A stretch of DNA of 63,204 nt, counting the filler, from Hyphochytrium catenoides (lineage: Eukaryota > Protista > Hyphochytriomycota): assembly GCA_900088475.1 (NCBI GenBank). It is 6 parts of 6 records of this genome, joined end to end, with 100 filler letters (N's around TTAATTAATTAA, not from the genome) between each part and the next. Parts side by side here need not be neighbours in the genome. Positions count along the whole stretch, not along the records: positions 1 to 30,376 come from FLMG01002695.1; 5 more parts are not named here. One strand, given 5' to 3'. A model generated the notes under the pieces. That model saw nothing but the letters and a program-made list of their open reading frames with translations, made no database searches and had not been told where the DNA came from. Each line of letters starts with the position of its first letter. Position 1 is the stretch's first letter. The position numbers and the translations under genes were made by a program. This document shows positions 12,032-25,423 of this stretch, one piece after another.

Positions 12032-14088
12032 ATGAAGATCATCTCTATCGGTGGGTGAGAAGCCGGCCGGGCGAAGCGTATAGCCCCACTTCTTGTCTTT
12101 GTCTGCACGTTTCCATTCTGCCGGCCTTTGAAGACAGCCTCCTCTACCTGCACGTTGTGAAGGATACACTTATGTATTGGGTTTTCTTCCTACTTGGCAG
12201 TAGTTCCCCCCGTTCCCTTGCTTTTTGGCTCTTTGGGTCGGGCAGCTCTGACCGCTGAGTTAGCAGACCTTACGCAGTATTCTTTGCTCTATCTCTTACC
12301 TTTCTTGCTGTCACTGTCTATCTTAGGCCTCCTTCGGTCCAACGGGGCATATGACCCTATCATCCTATCCCAAGGCTTTGAAGTCTCGTCCTTTGGCTAC
12401 TTTCAACGGAGCGGGTGAGAAGTAGGAGACGATCATCCAAGCGTAGCCTTCTTTTCTTGCGATCTCTCTCTCTGTGTGTGTCAATCTCTTTCTCTCTCTT
12501 TCTCGGCCTTTCTCCTCTCTTACTCTCTTCCAAGGTACTGCACCTGCTCACTTTATCTCCTTCACCTTTGTCTCCAACGCTGTCTTGGGTCTCTCTGTCT
12601 CTCGTGCTGGCCAGTGTGCGGGAGATGGTGACATTCTTTAGCAAGACGTTCGTCAAGAGGACGGACCCAGGACAAAGACAGACCATCCAGCATGAAGGTG
12701 AGGCCTTGGTCTCTCCCCAGCGCCCAAAGGAGATAACCTATAGGGGACTTTGCTTTGACTGTCATACTAAGCGCCAGCCCTTCTACATTACCACCATTCT
12801 CTCTCTCTCTCTCTCTCTGCCTTTCTCTCTCTCTGCCTTTCTCTCTGTGTGTGTTCCTACCTCTTTATGATCACCATTCGATATCACTTTGCTGTGAAGT
12901 CGGCCCCGGTCCTCTGCGTCCGTGGACTAGAGTTATGCATGTGACCAGGCGTCTCCATATCTTTGGAGCCGTCCTTTTCTCTCTCTCTCTCTCTCTCTCT
13001 TTTTTTTCTCTCTCTCTCTGTGTCTCTGCCTCTATGTCCACACAAGCACACAGATTGCCTCTTGGCCAAACATCCTGTCATTTCTGTCTCTCTCTCTCTC
13101 TCTCTCTTCGTCGGGACAATCCGCGCATTCCAAAGTCATTATCTCCCCTTTCTCTTGTTCTACTCCTAGCCTTTGTTCCTCAGCTTTTCTCCTCGCTCTA
13201 GTCTCCTCTCTCTCTCTCTCTCTTTCTGTCACTAGGTCATCTGTTCCCTTCTTTGTCGTTATCTGGCTTCCCCAATTCTCCCGCTTTAGTCTCGTTATGC
13301 TCCGGTCTTTCTCCTTCCTGCCATACATGCCACCCTCAGAAAGTATGCGCACTATTCACTGATCAATCCTATACTCTCTCTCTCTCTCTCTCATCTGTCT
13401 TCTTTAGAGTATAACTGCCATGTCTACGTCCGCCCTGATGGCCTGGGCGGCATCGTGGTGGCGGACATGGAATATCCTCCTCGGGTCGCCTTCGCCACTG
13501 TCTCTACTCTGATGAACGAGTTTGACCAGCAGTTCAAGGGCCAATGGAACAAGATGACGGGCCCTACCGAATGGCCCAGGATGCAGAAAGCAGTGGAAGA
13601 GTATCAGGACCCAGCCAAGGCGGACAAGATCGCTGCTATTCAGAAGGAGCTCGAGGAAACCACCTCTGTCTTGGTAAGAAGAGAGAGAGAGAGAATGAGA
13701 AGAGCTAGTGAAATTGTGTCTTCTCAGCGAGGCCTGTCGCTCTTTTTTCATGGTCTTTTAGTCTTCTCTCCAGATAAAATACACTTTTGCTCATTGCTCC
13801 TGTCCTACTTTCATTGGGATTGCACTTCTACCCTGCGCTATTCTTCCTCTCTCTCTCTTTCTCTCCCCATGCTACTCGTAGCTCTGTGACTTCTGGTTTG
13901 TTCTCCTTCTCTTTCACTCATCATTGTCTCTCCTCTGGCAATGACTTCAGCACAAGACAATCGACAGTGTGCTAGACCGCGGGGAGAAGTTAGACGAGCT
14001 GGTGAACAAGTCTCAGGACCTCAGCGCCCAGTCAAAGATCTTCTACACGCAGGCCAGGAAGACCAACAGTTGCTGTGTCATTATGTAG
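12032..14088 (+). CDS. YKT6: YKT6 longin R-SNARE, 5 exons
   Basis: Exons 12032-12050, 12327-12414, 12615-12697, 13408-13673 and 13951-14088. Motifs [51 protein letters not shown], and a C-terminal CCVIM prenylation/palmitoylation motif. Confidence 0.96.
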
Positions 14089-14430
14089 AAGAGAGAATGT
14101 CAGGGCACAGAAAGGAGAAAGTCCGAAGGGAGGAGAGAGAGAGAGAGGACGAGGTTAAGAGAGAGAAATATGGGTCTAGGATATGAGGGGAACAATCATC
14201 TTGCAAGTGCTTGTGAGAGATCCGAACTGACTGTACATTTATTTAGGGGTTGCATCACCAGGAGAGAGAGAGAGAAAGAGAAGAGGGAGAGAGAGGACAA
14301 AATAATATTATAAGATAGCTATGAAAGTTGTCTCAGGCCGCTCTCTCCTCATCATTGTCCCGCCGTAGGCTCTTTTCTCTATCTCCACATGATCTCTCTC
14401 TGTCTGGCGCGTCTTTCTCTTCAAGAAGCG

Positions 14431-17400
14431 TCAAATCAGGCTTATGTCATCAATGAACCTTCTCTTCCTCTTGCATGGTTTTCTTTCTGTCAAAGACATC
14501 TTCTCGTCATTCAGGGCTGAGGTTGAGAGAGGTGGAAGAGAGGAGAGGGACACTGACTCTTCCCCTGGCAGAAGGTTATGGGAGAGAGAGAGAGAACCCT
14601 TAGGGAGAAACACACCGTGCGGCTCGCCTTCTCTCTCTGCAAGAAAGGAGCAAGGAGCAGGATGGAGAGAGAGAGTTTCTTTCTTGACAGGAACCGCTGA
14701 CGTTCTTATTAAAACTTCATCAGACCCGAGCGGAGAGGGTCGTTTCTCTCTCTCTCCCTTGGATGGTAGTTGGCCGTCAGTTTTCGCTGTCTGGAGAGAG
14801 GGATGGGAAGGATTATACTCCCTCTTTACCGCTGGGAGAGAGGTAGAAGAAGGCGTCTCAGACTCTCTGTTCTCAAGTCCCTTTCCGTCTTTTTCTCTCT
14901 CTCCATCTGCGGAGTAGCGTAACTCTTTTACTAAGAGTTTAGCGGGAAGCTCCTTCATAAAGCGGGAAGGAAGGAGAGACACATTTCTCTCATCTGCGAC
15001 GACGTAGGAAAGATAAAGAGCCTTATGTGCGCGAGACAGAGCGACGAAAGCCAGTCTCCTTTCCTCTTGAATAAAGAGAGAGTCTCTCCTTTCTCTCTCT
15101 CTCTCCCAGTCTGGCCCTTCGATAGGATCAGGAGGAGGCTCATCCACAGGGAAGAATCCCTCGTTAAGCCTAAGAACAAAGACAATCTTCCATTCTAAGC
15201 CTTTCGCCTGATGAACAGTTCCTAGCCAGACGGCGTCTCGAGGAGAAGGAGAGAGAGAGGGAGAAGAGAGAGAGAGAGATGGTGGTTTTCCTCCTTTCTT
15301 GGGCGGCGGGACCTGGACGTCAGTGTGCCCTCTCTCTGCCCAGAGAAGCGTAAAATGGTCGAGAAAGGCTTGCAGCCGCTGTGCTGCTCTCTCTCTCTTC
15401 TCTCTTGGTTCCAATCTCTTCTCTCCTACCGTTCCTGTCAGTTCATGGCCCTCTTCTCTCTCTTCCTCTCTCTTCTTCTCTTTCAAGCTCTTTTCATAGA
15501 GCAGAGAGAAGTCTTCTGCCTCTGCAATGACGAGAGAGGCCAAGCAAGCCCCTGTCTCTCCTGCTGCGTGTCTCTCTTCTCCTTCTCTTTCTCTCTCTCC
15601 ATTTCCTCCGCCTCTCCCGTATCTCTTGCTATTGAGGAAAGGCATTTGCTCTAAAGTCCGTCGGACGAACTCAGGAAGAGTGATCTCTCCCAGTCTCTTT
15701 CTTAACATTCGCAGTGTCTCCACCACCTTCTGCAGCTTTCTCTTCTCAGTCTTCGGGAAAGAGGAGAGTAAGCCTGCAGAAGGAGAGAGAGAAGACGAAG
15801 GCGAAGAGAGAGAGAGAGCCAGACCTGGAGGTTGTTTCTTAGGCAAGGCACTAGGCATAGTAGAGACGGGAGAAGGAGAGAGAAGAGGGAGAAAATCGTT
15901 CTCTTTCTCTCCGCAAGCCTCATAGATTGCTTTAAGAAGCGTCATTCCTTCTTCTCGCCCTCGAGAGAAGAGAAGACTCGCGCTCTCTTCTCTCAGTTGC
16001 ACTCCTAAGGCTTGCATCACTCTCCTTACAGCTCGATTGTCTTCCCCGGAGAGAGTGGCTCGAAAGAAAGAGAGAACATAATCTACCTGGTAGCCTTTGA
16101 CCCCTCCGACAGAATGAGAGAGAGACGGGATCTTCTTCTCTTCTAACACTTTTTTTATCTCTTTCCCTACTTTTTTGGTCCGAAAGAGAACAGCAATGTC
16201 TTTCAGTCTCTCTCCCTCTTCCTTCTGCAGCCGAAGAATCTCTCTCGCCACTGCGGCGCACTCACAGAAGACAGTGCGGCACTCGAAGACTCTTCCTCTC
16301 TCTCCCTCAGCGTTTTCTGTGTAGGAAGACTTTGGCATTCTCCCGTCATTCTTCTGGATGAGTGAAGAAGAGAGAGAGAGAATGGTTGAGGAAGAGCGGT
16401 AGTTCTGTTGAAGAGTGACTCTCTCCGCCTGGGGAAAGCGGAGGAGAAAGAGAGAGAAGTTCTCTACGTTTGCTCCGTTAAAGCCATAGATTGACTGGTC
16501 ATCGTCTCCTACAACTGTCAGAGGGAGAGAGAACGAAGATGAGGAGAGAGAAGAAAGAGAGAGAGGGTGTGTCTTCTCTTCCTCTTTTCCGTGTTCTCTC
16601 TCTCCTGCGCCGATTAGCTTGAGAAGGAGCTGCAATTGCATTCTGCTCGTGTCTTGGAACTCATCCACAAGGACAAAAGAGAAGCGGTTTCTGATCCTCT
16701 GTCTCGCGCTCTCATTTGTGCTGAGGAGAGAGAGAGAGAGAAGAATGAGAAGATGGAAGTCCACGGCGCCTTCCTCTTTCAAGCAAGAAAGATAGAAGGA
16801 GAGAACAAAAGAGAGAAGAGGGGAGCTCATCTCTTCAGGGGTAACTTTGCATTGCGCCATCTCTCTCTGAAGAGAGACTAGCACCACTTTGGCCTTTCTC
16901 TTCAGTGCTTTCTCTGCCGGGCAAGAGGAAGAGGAAGAACCTTTCTCTCTCTCTCTCTTCAGGAGAGACGTGGACTTTGAGGAAGAGAAAGACGACTCCC
17001 ATAGGCTTGATGCCTCTCTCGAAAGACGGAAAGACGCACCACCAGCGGGGGCCAAGTCTTTCTCTCTCTCTCTTTCTCTTCTCTCCCACTCCCTTAGTGC
17101 TTCACAGATAATCTCAAGCTGCTGCTTGCTGCTGACGAGAGAGAAGTCCTTTCTTAGGCCCAAATCTTCTGCAAACTCCCTGACAATGCGAAGAGAGAGA
17201 GAGTGGAATGTGCAGACGTTGACTCTCTCTCCTGTCTCTCTCCCTACAAAGAGAGAGAGACGCTCTCGAAGTTCTTGTGCCGCATTTCGTGTGAAGGTTA
17301 GCGCCAGAAGCCGATGAGGAGGACAAAGAGACTGTCGGAGAAGGTGAAGGATGCGACAGCAGAGGGTCTTCGTCTTTCCACTGCCTGACAAAGGAGACCA

Positions 17401-17574
17401 AGAGAGANNNNNNNNNNNNNNNNNNNNNNNNNNNNNNNNNNNNNNNNNNNNNNNNNNNNNNNNNNNNNNNNNNNNNNNNATCAACAGACTGTTTGAAGAA
17501 GATCAGCGAAAGGAAGTATCAGAGTGTTGCCCGTACAAATTCTGCCACTCTCCTCAATCGCTGCTGTCTTTCTC

Positions 17575-17606
<32 letters not shown>

Positions 17607-18413
17607 CTTATCTTCTCCTCCCTCCCTCTTCCTCTTTCTCTCTCCTGCCTTTCTCTCTCTTTCCCTCTCACCTGGTCCTGCTAGGATCATGACGGGCTTA
17701 TCTATGGGCGCGAGGGCGGCGCGATTCTGCTGGGGATTCAGCTCTGCGATGGCTTTCTCAATGTTCTGACAGTGGCGCGCCGTCAGCACAACTAGCGTGA
17801 GAAAGAGAAAGTGNNNNAGAGAGAGAGAGAGAGAGAGAGAGAGAACAAATGAGTAAGAAAGCGAGAATAAGGAGTAAAGTACCGGGAGCCGCAAGAGAGA
17901 GAGTGAGAGCGAGGGGCAAAGACGAGAGAGGAAGAGGAGAGAGGGACAAACATAAATAGAAAGATGCCAAAAAAGTGGAGTCAGAAGAAGATGGTGCAGA
18001 GGAAACAGGGAGGGGAAAGGGAAGAAAGAGCAGAAAAAGAAAGAAAGAGAGCGAATAGAGAGAGAGAGACGGAGACAGGCAAAGAGAGAGAGAGACAGAA
18101 AGACAGAGAGGGAGAAAAGCATATCTCAAAGTAACCTCTCACATTTGTCTTTGACACTCCGCTTGTTGACTGGTGGTGGCGCCGCTCTGTCTCTCCATTC
18201 TTTCGGTCTCTCTCTCGTTTCAATCTGCCTGTCGATTCCTCGTTTTCTCTCTCGGTCTGTTTCTCTCCCTCTTGCCTTTTCTCTTTCTTTCTCTCTGTCA
18301 TGCGAGCTGATCTCTCTCTCTATGATGTTCTCTCTCTTGCTCTCCAGCGGCGCCGACGAGAGACGAACCAGCTCCTGAAGAAAAGCAGCGTCATCCCAGC
18401 AGGCGTCCTCCAT
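14431..18413 (-). CDS. UvrD/Rep/Srs2-like SF1A DNA helicase, 3 exons
   Basis: Start MEDACWDD at 18413. Exon 2 carries LNPQQNRAA..PVMILAGP; spliced Walker A AGPGSGKT (junction 17672/17384). Other motifs: LTFTRNAA, TFHS, VDEFQD, VGDDDQSIYGFNGA, LQQNYRS, TVHQAKGLEW, EERRLAFVALSRA. Confidence 0.92.
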
Positions 18414-18971
18414 TGGAAGAGTAAATGGAACAGAAGCGAGCGAGCGGGAGAGAGAGAGAGGGAAAAAAAAGGGAGAGAGAGAGAGAGAGAGAGAGGACTG
18501 AGAGAGAGGAAGTGAGAGAGGGCTGAGGGAGAGAGAAGAAGTAGAGAAAGAGGGAGAGAGAGTGGGAAATGGAGACAGGACTAAAGGGAGAAAGACGAAG
18601 AGAGAAGAGAGAGATCGCTGAGAAGACCTACAAGGAAGGCAAGCGGCCCTCCTCCTGCCTGGGCGAAGAGAGACAATAGCGAGAGCGGGGGAGAGGAGAG
18701 AGAGAGACACAGAGAGAGAGGGAGAAAGAGAGAGAGACAAAGGGAGACCAGCGGCAAAGAAAGAGAGTCTTGCGGTGAGCTGCTCAGCAGCAGGTGGAGC
18801 GGTCCTTGATGATGGCTCTCTCTCCTTTCTATTCCTTGCCGCCTGACAACACATTCCTCTCCCTTCCTCGCGATACCGCGATGATACCTGCTCGCAATTA
18901 CCTCTCTCTCTCTCTCTCTCTCTCTNNNNNNNNNNNNNNNNNNNNNNNNNNNNNNNNNNNNNCTCTCTCTC

Positions 18972-19011
<40 letters not shown>

Positions 19012-19134
19012 CCTCTCTCTCTGTTTGCTCCCACTTCTTCATACATTTTGTATGTCGTACTTTGCGCGGGAATCATATGAGACCGCTAACGGCCAGGGAT
19101 CGGCATTCTTGGCCTTGTCTGGTAGCAAGAATCA

Positions 19135-19193
<59 letters not shown>

Positions 19194-19517
19194 TTGTTAT
19201 CTCCCTAGCCTCTTGACATGTGAGCGCCGCCTGTTGCTGCTGCCGCGCTGTAGGTCGTCAGCCGTGCCCAGTCTTCATATATTCTTCTCTATGGTCAGGA
19301 ATGGGCACAGGGTTGAGCCGTAGGTCAGGTCCTAAGCCAGCCAGCATCCACAGAATAGAAGGCTCTCCTGCCGCTCTCAGGGGATGGGGATGACCTCTCT
19401 CGCTATCACTCGGGGCTGCCGCCATGCTCTGGCCCTGCCCAACAGCATGCAAGGGAGCAGCTCCCAGAAAGAGGGAGAGCCTCCCGGTGGCATGAGAGCG
19501 GAAGTCTATTAATTACT

Positions 19518-20154
19518 TCATAGTTTTTTCTCTTCTGCTGTGACTTCTGAAGACTTCTCTTTGCCTCTCTTCTCTCCAGCTCTCTCTTCCTTGGCCTCCT
19601 CTCCTCCGCTACGTCCCTGCTCCTGTAGATAGTCCCTAACATTAAGAACGGTGTCCGCAGCTCGGCGCTGAAAAGCTGTCAATGGTTCTTCCTCTTTGTC
19701 CTTCTTCCCTACTTCTTCCCCGCTCTCTCTCTCTTCTTCTCTCTCCCCTTGTTCCTGCTGTCTACTGGGTGCACTACGGTCTTTCATGGCTGCCTTCACT
19801 GCCCCAGTGACAGTCCTGGTCACTTTTTGAAAGGCGTCTCCTGTCAGTTTGTCGATCTCAGAGATGACGGGAGACTTTGAAGGTACAGCAGGCGCGTGCT
19901 GAGCTACATGATGGAGACAGAGAGTGAGAAGTGAGAGAAAGAGAGGAAGTGAGCGCGAAGTGAAGAATTGTGTGGGATCATTAGGCAGAGCCTTAGAAGG
20001 AGAAAGGAGAGATAGAAAGAAACAGATGGCGCGAGAGAGCACCAAGAGAAGAGAGAGAGGAGCACTTGTGACCTATGGGTCAAGCGCTTCGGCGTCAAGA
20101 ACAAGGAACTGGATGGACAGGGATACACAGAGCGAGCGAGCGAGCGAGGAGAAG

Positions 20155-20209
<55 letters not shown>

Positions 20210-22220
20210 AGAGGGAGAGAAGAGAGTCTTTCCAATGCCTCACCTGCATCTCCAACGCCCTCGATCATCTCTCCCAGTGTGGACTTGAGGTCTCCAAAGA
20301 GCACAGAAGCTTTCTTCTCTAGACCAGGGAACAAGGGGCCATCGGCCCGCAGAGGAGTACGTAGTGGTCCTAGAGGCGTTCCCTTTTCCTCTTCTTCCTC
20401 TCTTTCCTTCTTCTCTTGCTCTCTTCTCTCCGCCTCCGGAGCCTCCTCGAAAGCCCGTCCTTCGCGAGCTGCTGTGGCGTTCTCAAATGATTCTGTGGGA
20501 CGGCCATCGCGTCGCAAAGCAGCAGTTAGAGAAGGGTTCTTGAGGATAAAAAAGAGAGAGAGAGGCGGAAGAAGAGAAGCGTCATCTCCTACCTTGTGCC
20601 ATAGCACTCTGTAAGATGATCATTCCAGGGCCTCTCACTCTCTTCCTTTGGAACCCTTTCTCTTCTCCTCCAACCGAGCGGGGCTGTAGGGCAAGGGGGA
20701 GAACAAGAAGCTTCTCCTGATGAAAGTCGAGAGCTTCTCTTCGCTGCAGCTCCTTAGGGACAAGAGCCCCCGAGATCTGCAGTGACAAGATTAGAGTTTA
20801 CCCGCTGTCTCTTTCTCTCTCTCTTGCTCTTAAACCTGGTCTCTCTGTGTTTCTCTCTCTAAACCTTTCATTTCTTGTCGCTCTCTTCTCTATGTTATCT
20901 TCCCTTATCTCCCTGAGTCTCTCTCCCACTAGTGCAACTTGTCTTGGGTCCCAACCTGTAAGATTAGCGCGAGCTGAGAGCCTCCTACGGGAGCTTTGAC
21001 TCTGTAAAACGCGCCATCGAACTGCTTGTGGCGCGCCCAACAAAGAGGACGCGGGATAAGAAAGAGACTCCCGTTAGATCTCCACCAGTCTGCCTGCAGC
21101 GTAAGCGTAGGAAGCCAATGGCCCAGGTAGCATAGGAGAGAGACTGAATGCAGGAGAAGGATGTGAAGTCGTGCCTTGATATTGATGCATGAAAGAGAAG
21201 CGGACAAGATAGAAGCGCAGAGATGAGCAGATCTAGAAGAAGGAGAGAGGGTTGGTGCAGGGGAGAAAGGTGCATGTACCTCCTCAATCGCTATGGACCC
21301 ATCCATACAGACTAACGCTTCCTTGCGGACCACGAGGTCGCTCTGAACGAGAGAGAGATCTACGTACGCCAGCTGGAGGAAGAGACGTCACCCGCAACAT
21401 AGAGTTAGTCAGGTGCAGAAGAAGGCAGGCAGAGAGAAAAATAAAGACAGAGAAGTGCTAGCCAAGAGCGATCGTTGTTATAATCTGTCAAGTCTTGAGT
21501 GAACAGCTTGAGAGACACAAGGAGAGACAACCAGTTGTAGAAGGGGATCAAACGTACGAGAGTTAGAGAAAGAGAGAGAAAAAGAGAAAGAAAAAGAGAG
21601 AGTGTGAGAGAAAGAGAGAGAGAGAGAGAGAGAGACGACAAGAGACAGAAAGAGAGTAGCACCACTATGAGACGACCCGCCGTCACTATTGCGAGGAGGA
21701 AGAGGTTTGAACTTCGTCTTTCACCTTTTTTCCAGCCTTGGGCCCAACGAAAACATCGCCCGGGTTACCGGAGGTGGAGAGACATAAGAAGTCGCCGCTG
21801 CGACAGGGAAAGAATGCGGGCAAAAGAGAGGAGCAATGACAAGAGATCAGGTGACCGTCACTCCCGACGGGCGGGTTCAGGAAAGAAAGATGTGAAAGGA
21901 AGAGAGGGAGAGAGAGAGAGAGAACGGAAGAGAGACAGAGAGAGAACGTACGCTCGTTCTTTAGTTTCCAGCTGCGGACTGAGGGTCACTATCGCGCTGG
22001 ATCGGACTAGAAGACGCTGAGAGGGTCCAAGTTGGACCTGCAACGATGATGAAGAGACAGAGCAACATAAAGCCTAAGTGCTAGAGTCTGGGAGGAAGAA
22101 CAAGGCCAGTAAGAGAGAATCCTGCATAGGGTAAAGTGGGGATATAGGATTGGGCAGAGGAGGGAAGAGAAGGCTCTCGGCTACTGTGAGACAGGCAAGT
22201 AAGGTGTAATGGGAGGAAAC

Positions 22221-22280
<60 letters not shown>

Positions 22281-23292
22281 CAGAGTGAGAGACAATAGAA
22301 AGGAGGAGGGAGGAACTGAAAAGAGAGAGCAAGAGAAAGAAAGAGAGAGAGAGAGAGGAAGAAAGAATGAGCGGAAAAGAGAGAGAGACGGAGCCGGAGA
22401 GAGACCGAGTATGAGAGTGACCGTCGTTTATGATCGTCTAAAGGGTGAGCCGAGACATCAATACCTGGGCCAGATCCTGGTCAAGAAAGTCCGCTTTGGA
22501 GAGGTCGAGAGGGAGAGAGTCAAGGGCCTCTTCCATGGCATGGAGACCTCCAGAGACAGGACTGTCCTCTTCTCTCTCTCTCTCTGGACTTTCTCTCTCT
22601 TCTATGGCTTGCCCAGCTTCTCCCTTCCTCTCTACCTCATCAGGACTCCGCCCTTGCACTGTTCTCTCCCGCTTCGTTGTCTCTTTCTTGAGCTCTGGCC
22701 GCTTGAACACTGAGACCAGCTTCTCTGTGTGGAACCAGTAGCGCCGACCTGGATAAACAGAGCGAGAGAAAAGAGATGAAGGAGGAGAGATGCACAGAGA
22801 GAGACAGCACGGTCACGAAAGTGTTAGAGGCTCTAAAACACCACCGTATGTAAAGCAGGGGGCGGGGGGGGAGGAGAGAGAAAGAAGGAGATAGTAAGAG
22901 AAAGAGAGAGAGTGTGTGCGTGTGTCAGAGAGAGAGAGATAGATTAAAAGAAGGAGGGAGAAAAAGAAGGAGGGAGAAAGAGAGAGAAAGAATGAAAGAG
23001 AGATTTAAAAGAAAGGAAAGAAAGACAACGAGAGAGAGAGAGAGAGAGAGAGCGCGAGAGAGGGAGTGGGAAAGAAACCTCAGACACAATGCCGACCTGA
23101 GGCCGTCCGCCGTTCCTCCCATCCTGGAGGCAGAGTTCCTGGCCCAGGTTTGTCAGCCTCGGAGGAGAAAGCAAAAGAGGAGAAGAGAGGCAAAGCTACT
23201 GGCTGTGATGGGCTTGCCCTAGATATTCTGCGAGGCAGAGCTCCTGGAAGCAGCCGGCGCAAGCTTCTGGAGACAGGGAGAGGAGCTTTCAT
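19518..23292 (-). CDS. Presequence-like N-terminus + WW domain + AIM24 (TRAP-like) domain protein, about 9 exons
   Basis: MKAPLPVSRSLRRLLPGALPRRISR (Arg/Ser/Leu-rich, no acidic residues). Spliced WW: LPPGWEERRTASG|RRYWFHTEKLVSVFKRP. AIM24-like exons: VQLGPSQRLLVRSSAIVTLS, GDVFVGP, LAYVDL..DLVVRKEALVCMDGSI, GGEEKGFQRKRVRGPGMIILQS. Charged C-terminal tail to the stop at 19518. Confidence 0.7.
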
Positions 23293-24467
23293 CGTCTCTC
23301 TTGCATTGAGTGCTTCTCTCTTTTTTACCCGGAACTCTGTGGCACTTCCGCTCGCCCTTCTCTTCCCCCTGTGAACTCTATGGGTGCGGACGTCTCGCTG
23401 CCTTGCCGCGCCCTCAGGAACTGCAAGCTTTAGAGAATTCAAGAGAGAGGAAAGAGGAAGTCAGCCTTCAAAGAGAGAGAGACAAGACAGAGGGATCCAG
23501 GTAGAGAAAGACCACGAGACAGAGAATATTGGGGAAGAGGGAGAGCGGGAGGAAAGAGATATGTGTGTGAAAGAGAGAGAGAGGAAGAGAGAGAGAGAGA
23601 GGGAGAGAGAGACAGAGAGAGAGAGAGAGAGACTGTGAAGAGAAGCTGCAAAAGAGAGGAAAGACTGATTGTAGGGTTCTGATATGAAGCTTTCCTAGTG
23701 GCTACATCGGAAACATACAAAACACTCATACATCTACCTATTAGAGTCCCTGGAATATTGGTGTCATTGAATTATTGATAATTTCCGATCATTCAGCTCA
23801 CATCATTTCATCAAAAAACTCTTCATTCACAGGAGTCAGACTATGCTGCTGGAGACAGAGAGGGAGAGACGTCACAGGTCAGCGGCACAAAAGGAATGCC
23901 CGCGTGTGAAGATAGTTCTATACAAGGGCAAGGGACGCCAGGACCGCCCTGCACTGCGAGGAGAGAAGGAGCTCTGCTTTGAGACCTAAGCCTCAGAAGA
24001 GCTGCTTGTACACCTCATGATCCGGAGTGAAGGCAGCTCAGAATACATCGTCTCGAGTGGAGTAAGGCTGCCAGGGCAAGAGGGACGAGCCTTTTAGCCT
24101 TGATGGACACTCAACAGTCGAAGAAGGGGCGGAGAGCAGGTGGTGGCCTGGGCTGCCCGACAACCATCTGCTAATATAGCTCGCGATTTCTAAGAAGGCC
24201 ATCTTCATTTAGCTTGAAGCATGGGTTAAGAGTTAGGAATATAGTCTAAACGATAAAGGAGACAGTGTATTTCCCCCCTGATTGAGCAGCACCTCTTCTC
24301 AGACTCCTCAGCCTCGAGCGGAGCTCAGCGGGATCCTCACAACGAACCAGAAAGGTTGATCGAGAGGAGGAAGGTGCAGCAGAAGAGGAAAGTGTGACGC
24401 TACGCTTTGAACGAGGCAGATAGACATCGGAGGGAGAGGCTAGAAGGTAATGTTGGAGACAGAGTAC

Positions 24468-25423
24468 TCAGTTGCCACCGCTACTGTTGTTGAGTTTCGT
24501 CATGATCTGCATGAGTAGCAGCTGCGCTTGCTGAGAATTGAAAGTGAACTGGTGCTGCAGAGCTTTTAGGTCATTGGCAATGGTCTCCACCTTACTCTCC
24601 ACTTTCTCCATCTTCCTCTCAAGGTCCTTGAAGCGGTTCTCGTAGGCTTGAGTCTCCAAGCGCTTGACAGTAGAGTCAAGCAAGTTCTGGAGCATTCCCA
24701 TCTCTCTGGGACCCTTTTTGGCTCTCTTACCCCTGCTGCCCGCTATATCTGCGTCCATTTCGGGATCCGAGCCCAGGGCAGCAGCTGCAAAACAACCGTA
24801 GAGAAAAGAGAGAAAGCGTCAACCGATGCTTGATTAGAAGCAGTCTTTTGCACATGGTGGATCAGAGGTTCATTCCTACCTTCAAGTCTATCTTCATCGC
24901 CAGATCTTGCGGCGTCAGCAGAGCTTCCAACGTCCTTTGGAGCCAAAACGGCCATTGAGTACGGGCGTGCCTTCTCATAAGAGGATTCATCTCCCACCCG
25001 CTTGGAGCCCAGCTGCCTGGCAACGCGCTTGGCCTGCTTGACAAATTCAGGTACAGTCGGGTCCGTGATAGCGCGTGGGAGGTGCACAAAGGTGTCAAAT
25101 TTCCTCTTCAGCGCATCAGCAGCTCGATCACATAGCGCTTGGGAGGCTGCCCACGCCGAGTACTTCTCTTGCAACCTGTTCCAATCTGCTGGAGTTGTCG
25201 GTAGCAGCTCCCCCACGAGGCTTACCAGCTCTGCAAAGGGTTCGAGAACTTGAGCTTTGTGCAAGTTAGATGTCAAGGAGTCTCAGAGGTACTACTCACT
25301 CTTGCTCTCTTCGGAGCTGAAGTTGGGGATCCCACTCTTACGCCCTCTCTTGCGCTTTACCGGCTTAGGGCTGCCGCCATGGCTGCTTGCGGGCGCGGAG
25401 CCTAGTGAGTCGTTCCCTGCCAT
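24468..25423 (-). CDS. DUF6818-like (Myb/SANT-like) protein with C-terminal coiled coil, 3 exons
   Basis: KRGRKSGIPNFSSEE, then LVGELLPTTPADWNRLQEKY...RAADALKRKF...TDPTVPEFVKQAKRV, matching the recalled DUF6818 pattern. An intron near 24878-24784 joins the heptad-rich last exon. Confidence 0.65.

Noticed and set aside
17766-18124. ATATGCTTT in helicase intron 1 resembling a U12 AT-AC donor
   Set aside because: It lies after an in-frame stop. A canonical GTGAGA donor with the CTAG acceptor keeps the frame (KDKF-VLTARHCQNIEK).
23640-23740. WW-like peptide LYVSDVATRKASYQNP upstream of the WW-AIM24 gene
   Set aside because: No first Trp and no convincing splice link; the ATG at 23292 gives a coherent presequence.
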